From Azolla caroliniana (taxonomy: Eukaryota > Plantae > Polypodiophyta): a stretch of 64,000 nucleotides of DNA. Location: positions 25,172,001 to 25,236,000 of the forward strand of contig JBHGNT010000004.1 of NCBI GenBank assembly GCA_043228905.1, given 5' to 3'. Position 1 is the stretch's first letter, and the number at the start of each line of letters is the position of its first letter. Of the stretch, positions 60,823 to 64,000 are shown in pieces. A program made the position numbers and the translations under genes. The notes below the pieces were generated by a model. It saw only the letters and a list, made by a program, of their open reading frames with translations. It did no database searches and was not told where the DNA came from.

Positions 60823-61110
60823 GTGATGAAGGGCACTAGTTTATAGCTATAGGTACCAACTTACAGTAAGTAGTTAGTTTGAAAGGATATGTATGTAGTC
60901 TCATATTCTTGAATTCGGTCGGAGGGTGATTCGTCGATTTATATATAAGCCACCTTGTATAGTTTTTCTGTAATAATCTCTCCTAACTAATGGGAAAGTA
61001 GCTTTTTTTTGGAAAAAAAAGACTATACAAGATGGATTATATATAAATCGAGGAATCCCCCCCCCCCCACAACCAAGTTCAAGAATATGAAACTACATAC
61101 ATATCCTCTC
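60823..61110 (+). mobile_element. Short retroposed element copy B (60823-61020) plus an adjacent inverted partial copy (61017-61110)
   Basis: Homologous to 18285-18476. Ends ACTAATGGGAAAGTAGCTTTTTTTTGG-A8. 61017-61110 is the approximate reverse complement of 60881-60967. Confidence 0.8.
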
Positions 61111-62992
61111 CTACCTAGGTAAAGGGATCTATTAAGCATGAGAGTGCTTCCCAAATAACAAGAAGAACAAGTCACAATTGACCTTGACATCCAAGGATCG
61201 TTCAATAAAGCTTGTTTGGGCTTGATTTTCTTCGAAATTCTGAAACATTGCACGTGGGATGGTTCCTATTGATCTCTTGAGTCTTATTTAAGTTTTATAA
61301 ATCTTTATCAACTCCTTTTCTAAACATATAAACTCATTGAAGTAACAATAGTAGGCATTACTTCATTTATATAAATCAGGATTATATATATCTCTAGTCC
61401 ACTTTCACACATAAACATTTATAATCAACCCTTGAAAATAGTTATTGTTTGACGAGTTGTTCTATAGGTAATCATTCCTCAATTTCCAAGTGGCATACTT
61501 AACCATCCATTAGAATCGTAATAATGTTATGGTACTAGCTATTATTATGGGGTGCATATTTGTGGCTTGGACCTTCTTAACAAACCCGACGTCTTATACA
61601 CGTTGGTCTTGTTTTGCATCTCATATTGCTCAAGTAGAGTTTCCTAGGCGTTTGCTTGCCTTTCATATATGTTGAATCCTCATCAACCTCAAGTAAGCAA
61701 TAACCGTAAAATCATAACCAACACGTGTGTATCATGATTTTCCATGCATGAATTTTGATTGCATTGGAGCAATTGTGCCTAATGTGTTTGGGCCTATGTT
61801 CTTCACATACTTTGACTCGTGTATGTCTGTTTGCTCCATGTGTGTCGACTTTTGTCAACCATATCTCCCAATGTAGGTCAAATCTTACCGGTTTGGTAAA
61901 CCCACTCTACATCAACTCACGTTGAATTGAACATTTGTCTTTACGCTTGGTCTCAGACTCAATGATCCACTACTTTGCTAATCTATCTTCTCTTACATCC
62001 ACTAATCACTTGTCATATTTGATCCAATAATCACCTCTCTCTTCCGATTCTCTTCATACATCTACATAACCACACATGCATTGATCTAATCACCCAATGT
62101 TTGTAACAAGGTTGTTCTCGTCTGGATGTGTGAATTAGGGGCTAAGTTTTGTACTCTGGCCTTAACAAGTTCTTGTTTTATAGAGTCTAGTTTGAATTTA
62201 GGGTATCCATCATTCTAGCCTTGTAGAACTCATGTATCATGAGTTGAGGTTGGTTCCCTTGCCTTGGTCAATCATCTAAAGAGGATTAGGACAACTCACT
62301 TTTCGTGGATTAGGCCAATTCATCCATTGCGGGCTACATGTGTTTCGTCCTTTGTGGAGTTCGGGCAAACCATCATTTGTGAACCAAAGGTGAGTTGTCC
62401 CATTCTCTAAATGGGTGAATTGAGGTTTATGCGATAGATGCATTGATTGAGTGAGTGAGTGAGTGAGTGGGACCTTACTATTTATTAGATGGGCGCCCCA
62501 TGATATTACATTGAGCAATAGACATTTTTCCTTAAAATTAATTGCCTACTTACTGTACTACTCAGAAGGAGATCATCTGGTTAGAAGATTAGTTGGAGTT
62601 GTATTATTAATGAATATTTGGGAAAAAAAGGAAGAAAACATTGGGAGGTAATTAATGGTTTAATGAAAAGGGGTTAGTAAACATTTAAGTGAGATAAGAA
62701 ATGCTCCATAAAAAGTGAGGGAGGGTCTTTTGTTGGTGAGGTTGGGGTGGGCAAGTCGTCATATATGCGGCCACAACGGGGCAAACTCAATGACTAGCAC
62801 TAGGGTAGGAGAGGACCATAGGAACCATACGAATTGAGTTCCGAGGCGAGGAGTGTTATGTCCAAGAGCACTTGACTGGCGAGAAGGAGAGTCTTCAGTT
62901 GGAGTTGGAGGAGTTGATGGCAGCCAAGAGAGTAGTAGAACCACGAGAATGCAGGACAGGGGAGGCGACCCCCTATGCTCTGGAATGTGACC

Positions 62993-63372
62993 CATCATTC
63001 ATCATCCATCATTCATTGTTCATTGTTCATCGTTCAACATTCAACATTCATCATTCATCATCCATTCAACATTCACCATCCATTCATAATTCATCATCCA
63101 TTCATAATTCATCATCCATTCATAACTCATCATCCATTCATAATTCATCATCCATTCATAACTCATCATCCATTCATAACTCATCCTCCATCCTCCATCC
63201 TTCGTCGTTTGTCGTTCATCATTCACCATCATAATTATTCATCGTTCATCATTCATAATCATAATTAATCATCGTTCATAATCATCATTATTCATCGTTC
63301 ACCATTCATCATCATAATTAATGATCGTTCATAATTCATAATCATCATTCATCATTACCATAATCGTTCATT
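62993..63372. repeat. Low-complexity TCA/TTCA repeat including an 18-bp unit (TCATCATCCATTCATAA[T/C]) x ~6
   Basis: Directly visible; it explains the SSSIHN / HHPFI repeat ORFs. Confidence 0.9.
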
Positions 63373-63399
63373 GCGCATTATTATCATACGGAGAGCGAG

Positions 63400-63804
63400 A
63401 CATCTCCATAGATCAGAAGAGAGAGAGAGAGAGAGAGGTATGTGTTGGAATGAATGGGTTTTAATCCTCTTTTTTTTTGTACGACAGAAAAGGAAGTAGC
63501 AAAAAGGCACCTTCCTTCTTCCCATGAAAAAAAAACAAAAACAAAAAACAAAACCTACCGTTGGATAAAGCGAAGATACAAAAAAGCAGAAAGCAGAGAA
63601 AAGCAGACGCCTTCCCAGATGAAAAAAAAGCAGAACACAAAAAGAAGAAGAAAGAAGACAAAAAAAGAAAGGGAAAGAAAGAAGCCCCCTCTTCAGCAAA
63701 TGCAGTGAGTGCAGCCTGCAAACAGAAAGAGAGAAGAATCGGACCGTTGCGTCGAATCTTCTTTCTTTTCTTTTCCTCTGTTTTTGTCCATTCCCTCTCT
63801 CAGG

Positions 63805-63839
<35 letters not shown>

Positions 63840-64000
63840 TTCTGTATTTCTTGTCTCAATTCTTTCTAGAATCATCTTTCTCTGCAGAGTTATCAGCTTT
63901 TAGGGTTTTTTTTATTTCTGCCCTCTCCAGTTTTTCATGCTTCTAGGGTTTTGCATTTTATAGGATTTCTGTCATGTAGGGTTTTGGTTTCTGCCTTCTT
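63400..64000 (+). promoter_or_regulatory. Probable 5' UTR and first intron of a downstream + strand gene (CDS outside window)
   Basis: A-rich/GA-rich leader, CT-rich tract, donor CTCAG|GTAAAT (63803/63804), then (CT)n and several TAGGGTTTT motifs typical of plant 5' introns. Confidence 0.45.

Noticed and set aside
62872-63875. SSSIHN-repeat, Lys-rich and Phe-rich ORFs
   Set aside because: Products of simple repeats and A-rich leader sequence; no recognisable domain.

Overview
AT-rich, intron-containing land-plant nuclear DNA. The compact GT-AG genes and abundant LINE relics resemble a fern or other non-seed plant (inference, not demonstrated). Seven protein-coding loci can be reconstructed by hand: the 3' part of phosphoglucan water dikinase (PWD/GWD3, +), a Rho-GDI (-), a DUF4220/DUF594 membrane protein (+), a C2-VASt-TM-C2-GRAM-VASt protein (+), an NFD6-like small organellar protein (-), an intronless PI-PLC X-domain protein (-) and a GPI-anchored X8/PDCB-like protein (-). 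The probable 5' UTR of an eighth gene lies at the right edge. Intergenic and intronic DNA holds RTEX-like and L1-like LINE fragments (several with readable target-site duplications), a Ulp1-protease-bearing transposon relic, minisatellites and local duplications. The most notable unexplained pattern is that six retroposed insertions with mostly dissimilar bodies end in the same signature: ACTAATG(G), 16-19 nt ending in a T-rich tract plus G(G), then poly(A). One of them is a TSD-flanked composite whose 5' two-thirds is a ~150-bp tandem array. No prokaryotic systems, CRISPR arrays, rRNA or tRNA genes were recognised.
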